Source: Raillietiella orientalis
Lineage: Eukaryota
NCBI GenBank assembly: GCA_036172245.1
Contig: JAYWIR010000040.1
Coordinates: forward strand, 1,488,001-1,552,000
Reading direction: 5' to 3'
DNA: 64,000 bases
In this document: piece after piece, positions 61,699-64,000 of the stretch
Layout: each line of letters opens with the position of its first letter
Numbering within the stretch: position 1 is the stretch's first letter
Program-made: the position numbers and the translations under genes
The notes under the pieces: generated by a model
Databases searched by the model: none
What the model saw: only the letters and a program-made list of their open reading frames with translations
What the model was told of the DNA's origin: nothing

Positions 61699-64000
61699 TT
61701 ATACCTGATGTTAATTTACCGATTTAAAAATCAACGAAACCATGCGAATCATTTAACGAGAGTGATTATCACGGCGACCACTTAAATGTGGGGTCACACT
61801 CGGGGTGATGATGAATTTCAATCCATCAAGAAACGTGACTATTGCCAACAAGCTGACTATACCAGATTAAATATCGTTATGAGATCTGAGCTTGCAACAT
61901 ATTGACTGCACCTCAGAAGGGGAAAACGAAACCGGAAAATTTTCAATTTTCAATCAGAGAAGGGGAAAAGTTATTACACCAGCGGCAGAATTCGAAGCAC
62001 CACAACCACGCGGTGGAACAAGTATTGACGACGTGGTAAGGTGGAAGGAAAACGACAGCTACACTCTTATCCAACAAACACACCAATATCGGACACTTGA
62101 AAACATTCGTTTGGAATCAGCTATACGTAAATGTCCCCCCCCCCCCTACTTCCATTACAGTATTCTGCATGCTGTGCTGTGTTGGATCTATGCCGCACAA
62201 AAGGCAAAAGACCCCCCATAGGGGCCGAGCTCTTAGAGCTCAACGTTTCCAGACTGATGCTCGACTATTCCTCTCCGAGTTTCGTTCGTGTTTAGCCCTC
62301 GTTCGAAATTCCTGGGTTGCTTCCATTTCATAAACAGAATTTCTGTGATAATTCCATAGTCCTTGAGCTTAATTTCACATACAAGTTTTACCGAGTTGTC
62401 GAAATGCGAGCTTCTAAAGGTGCAACAAATAATCTGACAAAAGGGCAGAAGACCCCAGTCAAAGGGCTGTTCGATGGTACAGAAGGAATCCGACACCAGA
62501 AACTAAATATCGATTATCTGCAAACGAAAAAGTGAGTTCTGAATACAGCTCAAGATTGAGCCGATGGAGCAAAACCAATGCAAATGCCGGACTAGATCGG
62601 GGTGCTCGTGCAATATAGGCGAGAAGAATATGTTGAATATGTTGGAAAAATCAACAGCACAATACAACTCCGCGCAAAGATGCCTATTAATTTGAACAGC
62701 ATGATGGTCGCTGACATTGGTTACTCGTAAGAGTTCGCACCTTAAAAAGCACAACACGAATACTTGCTGGTGGTTGATCATCATTTTGCAATTCCAGCAT
62801 TTCGCAATCCGAAGGCACTCCATAAAAGATACTTGCGTTGAATATCTCCCATGAGAGCAAACAGCTAGGAACATACTATGACTAGGAAGACTCTGATTGG
62901 AATCCACTTAAGGAACCACAGAATGGCATGGTGGAACAAGCAGGTGGTCAATTTAGGCATTTGGCGCTCGGCAGATAATAGTTCAGATAGCAATGTTCTT
63001 GAAGCATCACTTATGCACTTGGAGATTTTGATAAGCATCAGCAACAAAAACCATACTAGAGAAGTAGAAGATTGCTGCTTCCCCTTACATAAATTAACAA
63101 ATCTGAGCGATCAATGTATTCCCTTTGAGACTTGCAGAAAGGCAGAAAATTGAGAAGCAATCTGCAGTGCCAGCAGACAAGTCCCGACTGAATGAAAAAT
63201 GCAGCTTCAGAAAAATCAATGAGGAAATGTAGCTCAAAAAAAATATTTTGGAGTCGAATCAATTCCAACATTTCCAACACCGAAAGCATTAAACGAGGAA
63301 TTCGGTCCATGGACGGAAAAATCAGTCACTCCGGAACCACAGCTAGATCACGGATTTTTGAAGCAGAGGATGGATCCCAAACCGGAAAGCGTGGAATTAC
63401 GATATTGGAAGTAATCGAATGAGGGCTGACCAGTGTTTCGGGATAACAAACAGGTCTCAAGATGGTCAACTTGCGAGGAAAAAGTCGGATGATTCGTCGT
63501 CAAGCGGTGTACAAAAGAAGAGCGAAAGCGATGAAGATCGACTATGGAGCGGTGGAGCCCTAAAGTACATAAAGGCAATGGAGGTCCAAGTGAATCCAAG
63601 CTGTACGAATGTACGGACACAACTTCTCTCACAGAAATAGACGCGAACGTTCCAGGTGAAGTAGGGAAAAAGAACAAGAAACATTCCGGATGCAGAAATG
63701 ATGCGTGTCTTTTACATCTTTCATGTAATTCTTTACCGATGCATGGCAGCTGCTTTCTTCCCCTTTGAGCACAATTCTTCAGCATGCTGTTAAAACTGTA
63801 AGCTCTTACCAAGACGGCGCACATTCCAATGAAAAGCAGATAGTCAGGAAACAAGCATCAGAAAGTGATTTCTTCAGTACAACCCACCAAGGTGATGACC
63901 TTGGTTGGTCCTGAGACTGCACAAAGATTTCCGTTTCGCAAATCACAATTTCATGGGTTCCTATCTTTGGGGACAGCTCGTTCGGGAGAACGTGGAATGG

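Noticed and set aside
61300..64000. ORFs of 70-170 aa at the right end as defined genes
   Set aside because: No recognisable motifs and no coherent splice model; may belong to the unidentified gene but is unsupported.
1..64000. CRISPR arrays, operons, rRNA, prokaryotic defence systems
   Set aside because: The sequence is spliced animal DNA; no regularly spaced direct repeats or rRNA-like sequence were seen.

Overview
Eukaryotic (animal, probably arthropod-like) genomic DNA; there are no prokaryotic features, and the ORF track is largely uninformative because the genes are spliced. Two convergent genes are well supported. (1) A + strand BAHCC1/TNRC18/winged-eye-family chromatin gene (Tudor-like pair plus C-terminal BAH), reconstructed as 13 phase-consistent exons from about 4.0 to 24.6 kb (about 1,290 aa). 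(2) A - strand Pelle/IRAK1-type kinase, 7 exons at 48.35-49.76 kb, whose N-terminal death domain was not located. Between their 3' ends (about 25.4-45 kb) lies a dense cluster of dead L1/Tx1-like non-LTR retrotransposons in both orientations, with a further copy at about 58 kb. Five copies share a 3'-UTR hairpin with compensatory changes and a terminal motif. An unidentified multi-exon gene probably occupies the - strand around 59-60.6 kb. Window-wide traits are 49-65 nt introns with weak or AAG acceptors and one GC-AG donor, heavy internal deletion of TE relics, and very frequent long homopolymers including poly-G/C. All homology calls come from manual motif recognition, not database searches.
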